Below, in pieces: positions 1-15,204 of a DNA stretch of 64,000 nt. Position 1 is the stretch's first letter, and each line of letters begins with the position of its first letter. A program made the position numbers and the translations under genes. The stretch is from the human T2T-CHM13v2.0 reference genome, Homo sapiens, in the NCBI RefSeq assembly GCF_009914755.1, contig NC_060929.1; one strand, 5' to 3'. The notes beneath the pieces were generated by a model. That model worked only from the letters and a program-made list of their open reading frames with translations. It searched no databases and was not told the DNA's origin.

Positions 1-201
1 CACGCCATTCTCCTGCCTCAGCCTCCCAAGTAGCTGGGACTACAGGCGCCCGCCACTACGCCCGGCTAATTTTTTGTATTTTTAGTAGAGACGGGGTTTC
101 ACCGTTTTAGCCGGGATGGTCTCGATCTCCTGACCTCGTGATCCGCCCGCCTCGGCCTCCCAAAGTGCTGGGATTACAGGCGTGAGCCACCGCGCCCGGC
201 C
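1..201 (-). mobile_element. AluYa5 SINE, cut by the window edge
   Basis: Reverse complement has Ya5 diagnostic positions (CCCGGCTAAAACGG, GCGTAGTGGCGGG, CTACTTGGGAGG) and intact CpGs; Alu 5' end GGCCGGGCGCGG at 201. Confidence 0.93.
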
Positions 202-214
202 CCATTTACTTTTT

Positions 215-600
215 ATGTCTAATGTTGAACTGTAGTCATGATAGTGAGCATTCTTCTATTTTTCTTTGCTTTAATGGAAATGTTTATAATATTTAATCAT
301 TAAGTATGTATTTTTATTAGATTCTTTTCATCAGATTAAGAGAAATGTCTTATAGGTTTTTTCAGAGCTTCAAAAATTTGAGATTGAGTGTTGAATTCTA
401 TTCAAAGTTTTAACATCTATCAGTGTAATTATATGGACTTTTTCTTTTAATTCATTAATGTAGTGATTACATTGACAGATTTTCTAATGTTGAACCATCC
501 TTGCATTTCTATTGTAACTCTTTCTTGATAATGAATGCATTATTCATTTGTGGATTCAACTTGATATTATCTCATTTAAGATTTTTTCTGCTACATTTCT
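215..600 (-). mobile_element. Old L1M ORF2 fragment
   Basis: Degenerate antisense ORF2 motifs (gattttctaatgttgaaccatccttgcatt); boundaries approximate. Confidence 0.5.
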
Positions 601-730
601 CTTATTTTTAAATATAGTTTTTATTTTTCTTTCTTTTTAGTCTTTATTTAGTAAGATTGCTTTTGATTGCCAAAGCAATAGATTCTGGCTAACCTAAGTA
701 ACAACAGTGATGTATTTTCAAGATAAAGAT

Positions 731-1239
731 TGTCTTAGCCTGAGTTTCCTCTAGAGCCTGAGATAAAGGTTAGTGTGATGATATTTATTTTGGAAAATAA
801 TTTCATGAGCCAAGAATACAAGACAGGGAGAGTAAAGCAGAGGAGGAAGAGTCACTTATAAATATGTGTTATTGAGTCCCTACTGGTGCCTGGTTCTTAA
901 TTCTTCTAGAATCTTCTGAGGAGACTCATGAAATAAGGCAGTCCATTCATGAGATGAAAGGGAGAGAGCATTTATCCATTGGTTTCCTTTGCTTATAGAT
1001 CAAAGGTGGCCCCATAGTGTTTACTACCTGCAGTTCCAGATTATGCACATGTACTGTATGAGTGCGGAGTTAAGTGTGGAATTCCACAGCCAGAATGGCA
1101 GGGTCACAGTGTGAGGGTTGACCAGTTGCACATGTGTGAAGCTGGTTAAAGCCTCCATGGAATGGTAGTGGGAGCTGTGGCTAGAGTAAAAGGTAGAATT
1201 GAAAGGTTTTGGAATGGTGCTCAAGAGGTGTCCAATACA
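731..1239. mobile_element. Ancient ERVL-type solo LTR (LTR33/LTR41-like)
   Basis: Starts TGTCTTAG...CCTGAGA...ATTTATT and ends ...AATACA, giving TG...CA termini; family from memory. Confidence 0.5.
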
Positions 1240-1518
1240 CTGGGATTCTTCACACTCTTGATATGCGCTCCCCTGGCCAGTTCTCTCTTTCTAAGCTCTT
1301 CCGAGCAGAAGCTATATTCTAACATTGTAGCAAGCTTTTGTTGTTGCTCCCATACTGTCTCTCAAAGTTGTGAGAGCCTAGGTCCTTCACAAAAAGCTTT
1401 CTAATGTCTTAAGTAGAGCCTAATGTCATGTTAAAATATGTTTGACTGGATTTTTAGCTTTTTATTTCAATTATGATGTACTCTCTTCCTATATAAGTGA
1501 TATTGTTTAATTAATTAA

Positions 1519-1800
1519 TTTAGACTGAATCTTGCTCTGTCGCCCAGGCTGGAGTGCTGTGGCATGATCATAGCTCACTGTAACCTCAGACTCTTGGGCT
1601 TAAGTGATCCTCCTACCTCAGCCTCGTGAGTAGCTGGGACTATGGCATGTGCCACTATGCCTGGCTGATTTTTAAATTTTTTGTAGAGATGGAGTCTCAC
1701 TATTTGCCCAGGCTTGTCTTGAACTCCTGGCCTCAAGCAGTCCTCCCACCTTGGCCTCCCAAAGTGCTAGGATTACAGGCATGAGCCACCGTGCCTGGCC
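1519..1800 (-). mobile_element. AluJ
   Basis: Dimeric Alu with J-type motifs (gatcatagctcactg, cctggcctcaagc); CpG-decayed. Confidence 0.9.
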
Positions 1801-2389
1801 CCCTTTTAGTTCCCAGGAAACAAACACCCTTCAAGCTTTGGGAAAAAGTTAGTCATACTCAGAAAAGGGGACATTTATTTCTTTGTATTTAGGGATAGAA
1901 TGTTACATAGATTAGCAATATCATTCATTCCATGAGTCACTTTATTTCTGCTTTGTCATAAAAATAGGAGAGAAGCAGGGAATTAAGAAGAGAGAAGTTG
2001 GAAATATTGATAAGATTTTTTTTCTCTGATAAACTATAAGCAAAATTCATTCAAAATGGATTAAAGTTTAATCCATTTATACAGATTTATTATACATTTC
2101 AGAAATACTATAAGAAAATAGAAATGAATATTATTGTCTTTGAAGAAGATTTTCTTAAACTTTGAAATGAAATGGTAAAAATCACTTAAAATGTAGCATA
2201 CAATTACGGTTGTAATCAAACTGTAATAAAAATTAAAGGGGAAATACGCATTAGGAAATACTTGTTAAAAAGTATGCAAGATAAAGATTAGTGTCTTTAT
2301 TCTATAGAAACTTAAATATATTAGTAAAAAACATTAACACCCAAGTGTATTGCAAAGCAGATAATTCACAGAAGAAAGTATGCAATTCA

Positions 2390-2911
2390 TGTTTCAGCTA
2401 TGTCTTGCTTTGTAACAAACTATCCCAAAACTAGCCTCATGAAACAACAATTAAATTAGTTATATCTCATGATTTTTTTGGTCAGGACTTCAGCCAGGGC
2501 TTTGCTGGGCAATTCTTCTGCTTTATGTAGTGTTACCTGGGATCACTTGGTAGTGTTCACTTGGCAGCTGGGCTGGTTTGGAGGGCCTAAGATGGCTTCA
2601 CTAACATGCCTGGTGCTTGACAGGACAACTGTTAAGGGTATACTGGGATCTTATGGGGTCGTGGGGCCTGTTTATGTGGTCTCTTCAGCAGGAGAGTTGG
2701 ACTTCCTACATAGCTTCTCAGGGCTCCAAACACGAATCCAGAAACATCTGGTCCTCTTTAAGGCTAGGCCTGGAACTGGCAGAGGGTCATTCCCCTGGGA
2801 TTAGCTGAAGTAGTCACAGGCTAGCCCATTTTCAGGGGGAGGGGAAATAAAACCCTCTCCTCTTGATGGGAGGAGTGTCACAGAACTTGTTGCCATCTTT
2901 AATTTGCTACA
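2390..2911 (-). mobile_element. MLT1 MaLR LTR (MLT1K-like)
   Basis: gtaacaaactatcccaaaact at the start, ccatctttaatttgctaca at the end. Confidence 0.65.
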
Positions 2912-3464
2912 GTTATTAATAACAGAAATACAAAATAAAGGCAACATTGAAATACAGCTTTTGATACATCAAATTAGCAAAGAATAAAAACAAACTGTAT
3001 AGATTTATAAAACAACCAGAATGATAAAAACCAGTCCTGGCATAGGTGCAGTGAAACAGGCATTCTCATGCATTACTGGTGGCATTGAAAGGCAGATTTT
3101 GAAAAGATCTTGGCACTATAAATCATAAATGTTAAAAATATCAATATTTGACTAAAAATTGTACTGTTTGAATTCTCAGGGGAAAAACTATTGGCAAGGA
3201 TACACATTATTTGTGAAAAACTTATTTTAAAAAAATAGATTACAAAGTTGTATTTATAGTATGACTTAAACAATTCCTAAGAATTAAAAATGCACTAGAG
3301 GAAAATACATTACAGTTTAATCAGGCTTCTCTTTGTGTGATTAAATTACAGATTTTTTTCCACTGTGATTTTACTTGTTGAAGAAAAAAGCAATAAGTGT
3401 TTTATGACCTAGTATTCTAATTTAGAATAATTTCAGCATAAATCATTACAATCAAATGGATAGA

Positions 3465-4045
3465 AATATAAACCCCTTGTCATGGCCAACAAGTCCCTAG
3501 ATGATCTGGCTCTATTGGCTTTTTTGTTCTTCATGTACACCAAACTCATTCCTGCCACAGGACCTTTGCAAAGTTATTTTCTGTCCAGAATTCCTTTCTC
3601 TTAGATCGTGGTGTTGCTTGCATTTTTACTTTATTTAGATGCCTTTGTTTTATTCAAATGTCAAGACTTATGAGAGGGTTTTTCAGGTTATTTATATGAA
3701 AAGACTGCTTTCTATACCTTTCCAGTAGCTATTCTATTTTAATCTTCAGTGCACTTATCACTATGACATAATATTATATAACTTCAACTTTACTTATTAT
3801 CTATCTTCCTTCATTCCTCTCATGTTTTATGAGGGCAGAGACTATGTTCTGTTCGTGTTGTTTTCATTGTAAAAGTTACTATAGTTTAAATATGTTTTAT
3901 TGTTTATGTATTTATTTGCTGTTTCCCATATCAGAATATAATCTTGCCAGGGCAGAGATTTTATGTATCTTGCTCACTAGTGGTTTCACTAGTACATAAA
4001 ACATAATAAGCATTCAATAAGTATTTTTGGATAAATGAATGGGTT
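3465..4045 (+). mobile_element. L2 fragments (3' end)
   Basis: ggacctttgca, gagggcagagact and the terminal ttcaataagtatttttggataaatgaatg motif. Confidence 0.6.
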
Positions 4046-4409
4046 TAGGATTCATATAAAATAACTAGGTTTTTGAGATATTTGTGACATATTTACCTCT
4101 TGTCAAAACAGTGATACCTGAAAATTGGGAACAAACTTTGGTATATTTCAAGTATAAAAGACCTTAGAGTACTTAGGTAATAAGAGCGTTAAATGCTCAA
4201 AATTAAGAAAATAGAAAAAGGCTCCTAAAAAGATACAGAAATAGATCTAAACATATAGTATGTAAAACACATTTATTTTTATGAATACTTATTACAAATA
4301 TGAAAATACAGCTGAATTGCTTCAGGTAAATGAGCTCTAGAAATCTTTGATGTGCTTAAAGTTTGATAAAATAAGAAATGATACTTAGAACTCCAATTAC
4401 ATGTTTTTT

Positions 4410-4713
4410 TAGGCCACTTATGTCTCACAGCTCACTATGCTCTATTGATTTTTTCAGTTTTTTTTTTGGTCTGTTTCATTTCGGATAGTTTCTATTGCTG
4501 AATTCACTAAGTTTACCTTCTGCAGTCCCTAATCTCCTGTTAATTATATCCAGTATATTTTTCAGTTTAGATATTGTATTTTTTTTTATCTTTAGAAGTT
4601 TGATTAGGGTCTTTTTAATATCTTCTATTTTTCTGCTCATTATTCTCATGCTTTCTTCTACTTTCTGGAACATGTAAGAGTATATTTATGATAGCTATTT
4701 TCATGTCCTGGTC
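4410..4713 (-). mobile_element. Old L1M 5'/ORF1 relic, part 1 (interrupted by MSTA)
   Basis: Minus-strand translation resembles the L1 ORF1 coiled coil (KKNTISKLKNILDIINRRL); continues after 7058. Confidence 0.6.
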
Positions 4714-7058
4714 TGTATTAGTCCATTCATCACACTGCTGTAAAGAACTACCTGAGACTGGGTAATTTATAAAGAAAAGAGGTTTAATTGACTCACAGTT
4801 CTGCAGGCTTATCAAGAAGCATGACTGGGAGGCCTCAGGAAACTGACAGTCATGGCAGAAGGTGAGGGGGAAGCATGCACATCTTCACAATAGTGCAGCA
4901 GGAGAGAGAGAGAGAGCAAGAGTAAAGGGGGAACTGCCACACACTTTTAAACCATCAGATTTTGTGAGAATTCACTCACTATCACAAGAAAAGCAATGGA
5001 GAGATCTGCCCTCATGATCTAATCACCTCTTACCAGGCCCCTCCTACAATTCGACATGAGATTTGGGCGGGGATACAAATCTAAACCGTATCATTCCACC
5101 TTGGCCCCTCTCAAATCTCATGTCCTTCTCACATTGCAAAATACCATTATCTCTTTTCAACAGTCCCCAAGTCTTAATTCATTTCAACATTAATTCAAAA
5201 GTCCAGAGTCCAAAGTCTCATCTGAGACAAGGTAAGTCCCTTCTGCCTATGAGCTTGTAAAATAAAAAACTAATTACTTCTAAGATGCAATGGGTATACA
5301 GGCATTGGGTAAATGCTCCCATTCTAAATGGGAGACATTGGCCAAAACAAAGGGGCTACAGTCCCCATGCAAGTCTGAAACCCAGCAGGGCAGTCATTAA
5401 ATCTTAAAGCTCCAAAATAATCTCCTTTGACTCCATGTCTCATATCCTGGGCATGCTGATGCAAGGGGTGGGCTCCCATGGGTTTGGGCAGCTCCGCCTC
5501 TGTGGCTCTGCAGGATACAGCTCCCATGGCTGCTTTCCCCGGCTGGTTTTGAGTGCCTACAGCTTTTCCAGGTGCATGGTGCAAGCTCTTGGTGGATCTA
5601 CCTTTCTGATGTATGGAGGACAGTGGCCCTTTTCTCACAGGTCCACTTGACAGTGCTCCAGTGGGGACTCTGTGTAGGGGCTCCAACCCCACATTTTCCC
5701 TCTGCACTGCCCTAGTAGAGGCTCTCCATGAGGGCTCCACCCCTGCAGCAGACTTCTGCCTGGACATATAGGCATTTCCATACATCCTCTGAAATCTAGG
5801 TGTAGGTTCCCAAACCTCAATTCTTGCCTTCTGCGCACCTGCAGGCCCAATACCACATGGAAGCTGCCAAGGCTTGGGATTTGCACCCTCTGAAGCCGTG
5901 GCCCTAGCTGTACCATGGCCCCTTTTAGCCACAGCTGGAGCAGCTGGGACACAGGGTGCCATGTCCTGAGGCTGGACAGAGCAGTGGGGCCCTGGGCCTG
6001 GCCCACAGAACCATTTTTCCTTCCTAGGGCTCCAGGGCTGTCATGGGACGGGCTGCCCTGAAGATCTCTAAAATACCCTGGAGACATTTTTCCCCATTGT
6101 CTTGGTTATTAACATTCAGCTTCTCATTACTTATGCAAATTTCTGCAGCTGGCTTGAATTCTTCCGTGGAAAATGGGTTTTTCTTTTCTACTGCAATGGT
6201 TGGGCTGCAAATTTTCCAAATTTTTATGCTCTGCTTCCCTTTTAAATATAAGTTTTAATTTCAGACCATCTCTTCCTTCATGCATATGAGCATAGAATTT
6301 TAGAAACAGCCAAGTTACCTCTTGAATACTTTGCTGCTTAGAAACTTCTCTTGCCAGATACCCTAAATAATCTCTAGGGCACGGGCAAAATGCTGCCAGT
6401 CTCTTTGCTAAAGCATAGCAAGAGTGATCTTTACTCTGGTTCCCAGTAAGTACCTCATCTCCAGCTGAGAACACCTCAGCCTGGACTTCATTGTCCATAT
6501 CACCATCACCATTTTATTCAAAAACCATTCAACAAGTCTCTAGGAAGTTCCAAACTTTCTCACATCTTCCTATCTTCTTCTGAGCCCTCCAAACTGTTCC
6601 AACTTCTGCTTGTTATTCAGTTCCAAAGTTGCTTCCTCATTTTCAGATATCTTTATAGCAGTGCCCCACTCTCCTGGTACCAATTTTCTATATTAGTCTG
6701 TTCTCACACTGCTATAAAGAACTACCTGAGACTGGGTAATTTATAAAGAAATGAGGCTTAATTGACTCACAGTTTGCAGGCTTACCAGGAAGCATGACTG
6801 GAAGGCCTGAGGAAACTTACAGTCATGGGGGAAGGTGAAAGGGAAGCAGGCACATCTTCACAATGACAGAGCAGGAGAGAGAGCGAGCAAAGGGGGAAGT
6901 GCCACACACTTCTAAACCATCACATCTTATGAGAACTCACTCACTATTATGAGAACAGCAAGGGGAAAATCCAACCCCATGATCCGTTTACCTCCCACCA
7001 GGCCCCTCCTCTAATTCAACATGAGATTTGGGTGGAGACACAAATCCAAACTATATCA
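4714..7058 (-). mobile_element. Full-length MSTA MaLR element: LTR 4714-5093, internal 5094-6688, LTR 6689-7058
   Basis: Two homologous LTRs (tgtattagtc...atca) flank the internal region; perfect 5-bp TSD TGGTC at 4709-4713 and 7059-7063. Confidence 0.92.
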
Positions 7059-7880
7059 TGGTCTCTAATTCTATCACCTGCATATTTATGGGTCCAATTC
7101 TATTGGCTGATTTTTCCTTCCTGTTTCAGTCATATTTACCTATTTCTTCTCATGCTTGGTAATTTTTTAATTGAAAGCCAGACATTGTGAGTGCTGGATT
7201 TTTTTTTTCATTTAGATATTTTCAGACTTTTTCTGGAATGCAATTAAGATCCTTGGAATTGGTTTGATTCTTTCAAGGGTTGAATTGCGACGGCAAGTCC
7301 TGAACAGCGTTTAGACTAGGTCTGATTTGGACCACAGCTAAGGCATTTACTTTCTGAGGATACTACTCATTGCTGTGCATGTTAGGATGGTTTTCTATTC
7401 TCACTGGTGGGAATATGAACTATTCCTAGCCCTATGTGCATTCTGAGGATTGTGCTGCATACTTATTTTTACTGTTTCTTGCTAGGTATCAGTAGTTTCT
7501 TCACGTCCATGTGCAGTTTACTACTTAGTGAAAGACTCACAAAAGGCTCCTCTGAGGATCTTGAGAATTATTTCTTTCAGTGCCTCCCTTGTACTCTGCT
7601 GCACAGATTCTTGTCAATCTGTTTCTCCAAAGTCTGAACTCTGTCTCCCCAAGTTAGTAATACTCGGGGCTCTGTTTGGATATCCTATCCCTGTAGTGTG
7701 GCCTAGAAACTTTCTCTAGCGGGGATACTTATCAGGCTCACCTTGTTTATTTCTCTTCTCTCAGAGATCACTGTTCTGCGCTGCCTGTGTTCAGTGTTTG
7801 AAAACTCCAATTTTATATTTTATGTTTGGTTTTCTAGTTGTTTAATGTGGGAGGGTATGTCTATTTTGTTATTCTATTAT
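7059..7880 (-). mobile_element. Old L1M 5' region, part 2
   Basis: Resumes after the MSTA TSD; similar to the L1M relic at 56250-57010. Confidence 0.55.
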
Positions 7881-8847
7881 GGTTAGTTGGCCAAAGAAAC
7901 ACTTAATACAGAAGTATTTGAAGGATACCCCATTTATGTGATGTGTAAAATCAACAAATACAATTTTAGGTTAAGACATTATATATGTGATCATATATAT
8001 ATATGATCATCAGTTTAAGGTCGCCAGTTTTCAACCTTAAAATTAGGAACACAGCAGTGGGAGAACATGATCAACTCATGGAACTGAAGGAGAGGAGATA
8101 TTTAAGGAAGATTCCCTAAGGTGTGTATGCCTTTGGGGTGGAGTGAGGTGATGTGCTTCTCCTCCTTCTGCTGTTCTGTTGTATGCTTCTGTCTTGATGC
8201 AGAGGCAACAGCTTTTCTCCTTTTTCTGAGACATTAATGCCAAGCTATGGGAAGCAGGAGTTCTGATAGATGACACAGAGAAGGAGGGAATTCAGTATAA
8301 GAGCTTTAAACCTTCACAGACTTGGAGTGGAAAGGACTAGGAGGGCAGAGATTGTGACTCATTCTGGGAAATATGTCAAGAAACTTTTGTTACATTAATA
8401 AAAAAGGCTGAGTGGATTCTATCCTCCCTCTTTCCTTCCTTGTCTTCCCTTCTTGTCCCTCCTCTCTGCTAACTATGTGAGTTTGCCGTGTGTCTGGTAC
8501 TGATCCAAGAAGTGAATATTGAATATTCTTTTTGGCAAGCAGAATGACCTCAGTAAAGTTTTCAATCTCACCATATCCAGGCTCCATGGATAAAAAGCAG
8601 TGATTGTACTACCGTGCAGCCTTCTCTCAAAGCTGTTAGTACCCTCTGCCTCATTCTTGGGTAAAGCCCTTTTGGCTTCCAGCAGTAGCCCTGAGAATCT
8701 GGCCTATTGTCCCCAGGTTGGAACAGCTTCTAAATCACTGGCCATCAGCTCTGTCCTACCTCAGCTGTTCTCCTGTGTGAGCTGTCTTCAGGTTAGATGA
8801 GACAGCTGTGGGGCTGCGTTTCTCCTACCTCTTCCTGCTTCTCCAAC

Positions 8848-9260
8848 TGTATTGAGTTGAATAATGTCTCCCCAAATTCATGTCCACCTGGAACCTGTGA
8901 ATGCAACCTTATTTGGAAATGGGATCTTTGCAGATGTAGTCAAATTAAGATGAAGTCATGCTGGATTAGGGTGAGTCCTAAATCCAATACGACTGGTATC
9001 TTTATAAGAAGAGGGAAATTTGGCCACAGAGACCCAGACACACAGGGGAGAAGGCTGTGTAAAGACAGAAGCAGAGACTGGAGTAATAAGTTTCCAAGTT
9101 GGCAACAACCAGAATCTAGGAGGAGGCAACAGCCTAAAGAGAGAGCACGGCTCTGCCAACTCCTTGATTTCCAATTTCTAGCCTCCAGAGCTGTGAGAAA
9201 GCAAATGTTTGTTGTTTTAAGCCACCAGTTTGTGGTACTTTGTACAGCCCATCCCAGGGA
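8848..9260 (+). mobile_element. MLT1B/C MaLR LTR
   Basis: ccttatttggaaatgggatctttgcagatgta, ggattagggtgagtcctaaatccaat and gcctccagagctgtgagaaa motifs. Confidence 0.85.
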
Positions 9261-10386
9261 GGCCTTTGTCACTTCCCCTGTTCTCTTGACCCTACAGCAG
9301 GATCCTTTTCTGAGGAGTTAAACTGCTTAAGCTCAGGTATCCTTCATTTCACTAAAAACTGGGAAAGTTAATTAATTATTTGTACTGCTTTGCAAGGATA
9401 GTGCTTTGAAATCAAAGTGACAACTTGCTACCCTGATAATTTTTCTACCATCAGTACTATCAAATTTCTTTCCATTTAATAAAATATAAAATTACTTTAA
9501 TCTCTTAATTCTCTTGAGTAATTTTCATAAAATAGCCAATGGTTCAAAAAGCAATAATTTATGAAAGGAATAAGATTGGGAGTAACTTTAAATCCAGAAA
9601 TCAAGATGAAGAAGGCCAACATTTAGGTCATCTGTGTTTTTTTTTTTTTTTAAATTTTATCTACAGTATTGGAAAAGCAAAACTAAGCCTTTAAGAATAA
9701 TTCAGTGAGCAAACAAACATAATATGGCAAAATGTCTCCAAACTTAAATTGGAAGCAGGAACAAAGAGAGAAAAAAAATAACTTTCGATAGCAGGCCCCC
9801 CATGTCCCCTCCGATCAGTTATAATATCCGTTGGCCATTCCCCTGGCACAAATAAGCAGGAGCATTCTCAGAGCCAAAACCAAATTGTTTAATAAAAAGT
9901 ATGAGGGCACATATGAAGGTCTCACGTCTATGAACTGAAAATTGAGAACTCAAAATGGGCAAGTTGGAAAACCCGACAACAAACTATTATTAAAAAATGA
10001 AAGAGGGAAAAGAAAATGCTTAATAGTGAAACCTAACATTGTGGAGATAACTGTTAAAAGTAATTAATAAGGAAAACGGAACTAGTGTGTTTAAACTTAC
10101 TTTTGATGCTTTGGCTCTAAGAAGGGGAAGAGACTTAGCATTATTTAAACTGTAATAATTCTTTAAAAACTTGCGTTTGATAAACAGGCTGTGGAAGAAT
10201 ATATAAACACATATGCATGTGTGCTTCTCCCCACATCAGGTCACCAAATTCCCACCTGTAACCTTTTCTAGCCTGACAAGTGGCTAATTTTTTCTGCCAC
10301 TTATTCCTCGGGGCCTCTGTCCTTGCTGTGCTCTGACCTGCATTACAGGGATGGGGAAGCAGTGTTATACTACTCATAGGAAGTCA

Positions 10387-12224
<1,838 letters not shown>

Positions 12225-12559
12225 AAGAAAACTAACTTCTTATACAAGTGAGCACAGTTGTGGCATTATTGAATGGCATTGAAAATTGAAAGCCCTAAGT
12301 GACATCAAAAAATGTTTACTTGAAAAACAGAGTGAAGGTATGGTGTAATTAGGTAGTAACCTAAGAAAGAAGTATTGGCCCCATTTTGGGTTAGTAACTA
12401 GAGAGTGAGTTCAAAAAGGTAAGAAAATAAAAACAAAAATTAGTTTAACACTTCATGGTTCTTAGAATCATATTTATCACAGAGTGAAAGGAAAGTTTTA
12501 ATGAAGTTTTCTTACTCCTGATTTAGATCTCAGTCTCCCTAGTGAACTGTTACTTTTTC

Positions 12560-12910
12560 TTTCATGGATTGGGTTTTTATTTTATTTCTACAAGAAAAAA
12601 TAACACATGATTTCATTTAAAAATGTTTAATAATACATAGAGATATAAAGTAAAGATGAAAATCTTTCCCTCCTTCTCCTCTGACCCAATTTTGTAATTT
12701 GTTTTCTATGCACATATAAATATATTTATACACATTTATATATGGGTTTATATAAATGGCATTGTTGTTCTATAACTTACTTTTCCACCTAACATATCAG
12801 TGACATCTTTCTTTGTAAGCATATACAGAATTACCTTATTATTTATAATAGCTATGTAGTATTCCATTGTATGGATGATTTTAATTTGCTTAATGGAACC
12901 CCTATTGATG
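12560..12910 (-). mobile_element. L1ME 3' fragment
   Basis: tagtattccattgtatggat and related antisense L1ME motifs. Confidence 0.5.
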
Positions 12911-13374
12911 ATGAATAATCCCTTAGTTATTCTCATGGTTACCCCTGTAACTTTAAGTAATATATTTCTCCTTCCTGATTTCTCATCTTTGGACAATAAC
13001 TATTGATTCCTGCTATAATAGATGAAGAATTTAGTTTATTACTTCTACCTCCCACATTCCTTCCTATTCTTCTTTCTGATTTTTGATTATATTATTATTT
13101 TTACATCATCAAGATTCATAATATTTAGATTCTATTCAGTAACTATAATTTAGTCCTCTGTGCTTTGTTTATAGGTTGATTCGAAATTTGAACCTAATAA
13201 AAGTATATAATGAGTCTGTTTAAATAAACAGATTCATTGCAGAAGTAAGTAGTATAATAGGGGGTATAATTCTCTGTACTATAATAGATGATATAATCCT
13301 TTGAAGGTGGTATAATCCTCTGTCACACTGCTGATTGATAGAGACTATTTCAAGTCAAAATCCTACAAATTCTT

Positions 13375-13494
13375 GGCTGGGTGTGGTGGCTTACACCTGT
13401 AATCCCAACACTTTGGGAAGTTGAGGCAGGAGGATTGTTTGAGGCCAGGAGTTTGAGACCAGCCTAGGCAACATAGCAAGACCCCATCTCTACC

Positions 13495-13526
<32 letters not shown>

Positions 13527-13673
13527 GCCAGATGTGGCAGTGTAGTCCTAGTTACTTAAGAGACTGAGGCAGGAGGATGGCCTGGGCCCAGGAATTAGAA
13601 GCTGCAATGAGCTGTGATCATGCCACTGCTCTCTAACCTGGGTGACAGAGTAAGACCCTATCTGTTAAAAAAA
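13375..13673 (+). mobile_element. AluJ with an expanded central poly(A) linker
   Basis: gaggccaggagtttgagaccagcc; run of about 29 A at 13495-13523; degenerate TSD aatcctacaaattct / aattctacgaactct. Confidence 0.9.
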
Positions 13674-15204
13674 CAATTCTACGAACTCTCTTTTAGTTTC
13701 ATACCATGACCGCATTAAAAAAGCTCTTTTAAACTGTGCACGGGCAGAAAACCACCAATCAAGGATCAAGTGTCACAGTGTTTTTCTGTGGTTTAATTCC
13801 CAGCTAGAGAACAAATGTGTTCAGTAGGGATTCACAAATTAGGTCACAGAAATGAAAGCAATAATTGTGGATTATACCATGGAGATGGTGAATCGAGGGG
13901 GTGCTAGCCTCTATTGGGCTGAATGCATCCAGAAGGCTTAATTCTTTCCCAGAAGGACAGGCTCAGCTTCCTTAAGTGGAATTTAGTATCTGAGATGTAA
14001 CTCCAGCCCTTTCCCCCAAGAAGTTCTGAGGTATGGGTGGACTATTTAATTAATGAGGTGTCATGTTTAATAAATCCCAAAATACTGCAGGACCAAGGGA
14101 AAATTAAAGACGTGCAAATTTCTTTATCAAAGATGAAATGTATTATCTCCTTATTTTCTTTCATTCTTGAGTTTTTGTCTAAATGAGCCAGAGGCTAGCA
14201 GTACTGATGAATCACTTTGACTAGAGCTGGTCACTCTTTATACAAAGTTACCTTTGTATATAACATAACCAGAGGCATCAGAGTTCACCCTGGCCAGGAT
14301 CCTCTCATGCATCTGGAAGGTGTAACACTATGAGAAATTGAAGTCAGTGTTACTGGGATTGGGTGGATATTTGGGGTATGGGGAGGAGTCGTATTAACAC
14401 ATTCAGCATTGTGTTCTGGAGGATCTTCTACATCCATAACAGTTCCTTGCCTACATTACTTACCTTTAACTTTAAAAAATGGATGGATATTGGTTTAATG
14501 TCCGACCTACCTAGTATAAACTTTTCTACTTAGCAGTAGTTTCTAGTTTCTTCTTTTTACCCCAAGGTTAATCAGTTTTGAACAGCTACTGATAGTATTG
14601 GTTTGATCTTCTACAGCAGCAAAGAACAGTCACTTGAGATCTGTGGCCTAGGTTTGACCTATTCCTCAGGGCTCCACTGACCTTGAAGGCCTTGTTTGAT
14701 CAGTGCTGGCATTGACCTAGAAACTTCAGTTGTCTTCCTCCTTTATGGACTTGTCAAGCCCTTCCTGCAGTTGATCATTCTGGGCAGTTAACTTGAGTTG
14801 AAGTCGTATATAAAATGCCTTATTCTGAAGTAGAGCTTAGACCCTTAGATAACCACCCATTTTCTTTTAGATGTGTCTAGAGAAGATCTTGTTAAACTCA
14901 GCAACAAAAGCCCTATAATTATTTTGTTAGCTGGATTCCAGCAGGCATAACATAGCTTGCTGGGTGGCATAGCCCTATGACAGCTTGTACTAAAACAGAC
15001 CCAAACGTGTTCTATCAGGAAATCCTTAGATCTCCATCCAAAATGCAATCGGCACTACACTAGAAAACTTGCTTGTCTCTCTTGGATTCTATAAGACCTA
15101 TAGGACATTTTCTCCTTAGAAGTTTAAGATTGGAATCTACTCTGGCAATGTGGTGGCCTGGAGGCATATGTGCAAAGGGCAATTAATTATTTGTTTAAAA
15201 TGAA

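Noticed and set aside
5324-6498. ORFs of 212, 150 and 123 aa on the minus strand
   Set aside because: Frameshifted fragments of the MSTA internal region, not a host gene.
7979-8010. Palindrome tgatca(ta)n tgatca
   Set aside because: Self-complementarity mostly reflects the (TA)n run.
8797-9321. 174-aa ORF
   Set aside because: Lies almost wholly in an MLT1 LTR; a chance open frame.
14500-15150. Possible exon or processed pseudogene (acceptor-like ttttcttttag at 14870)
   Set aside because: No recognisable protein, good donor, poly(A) tail or TSD.
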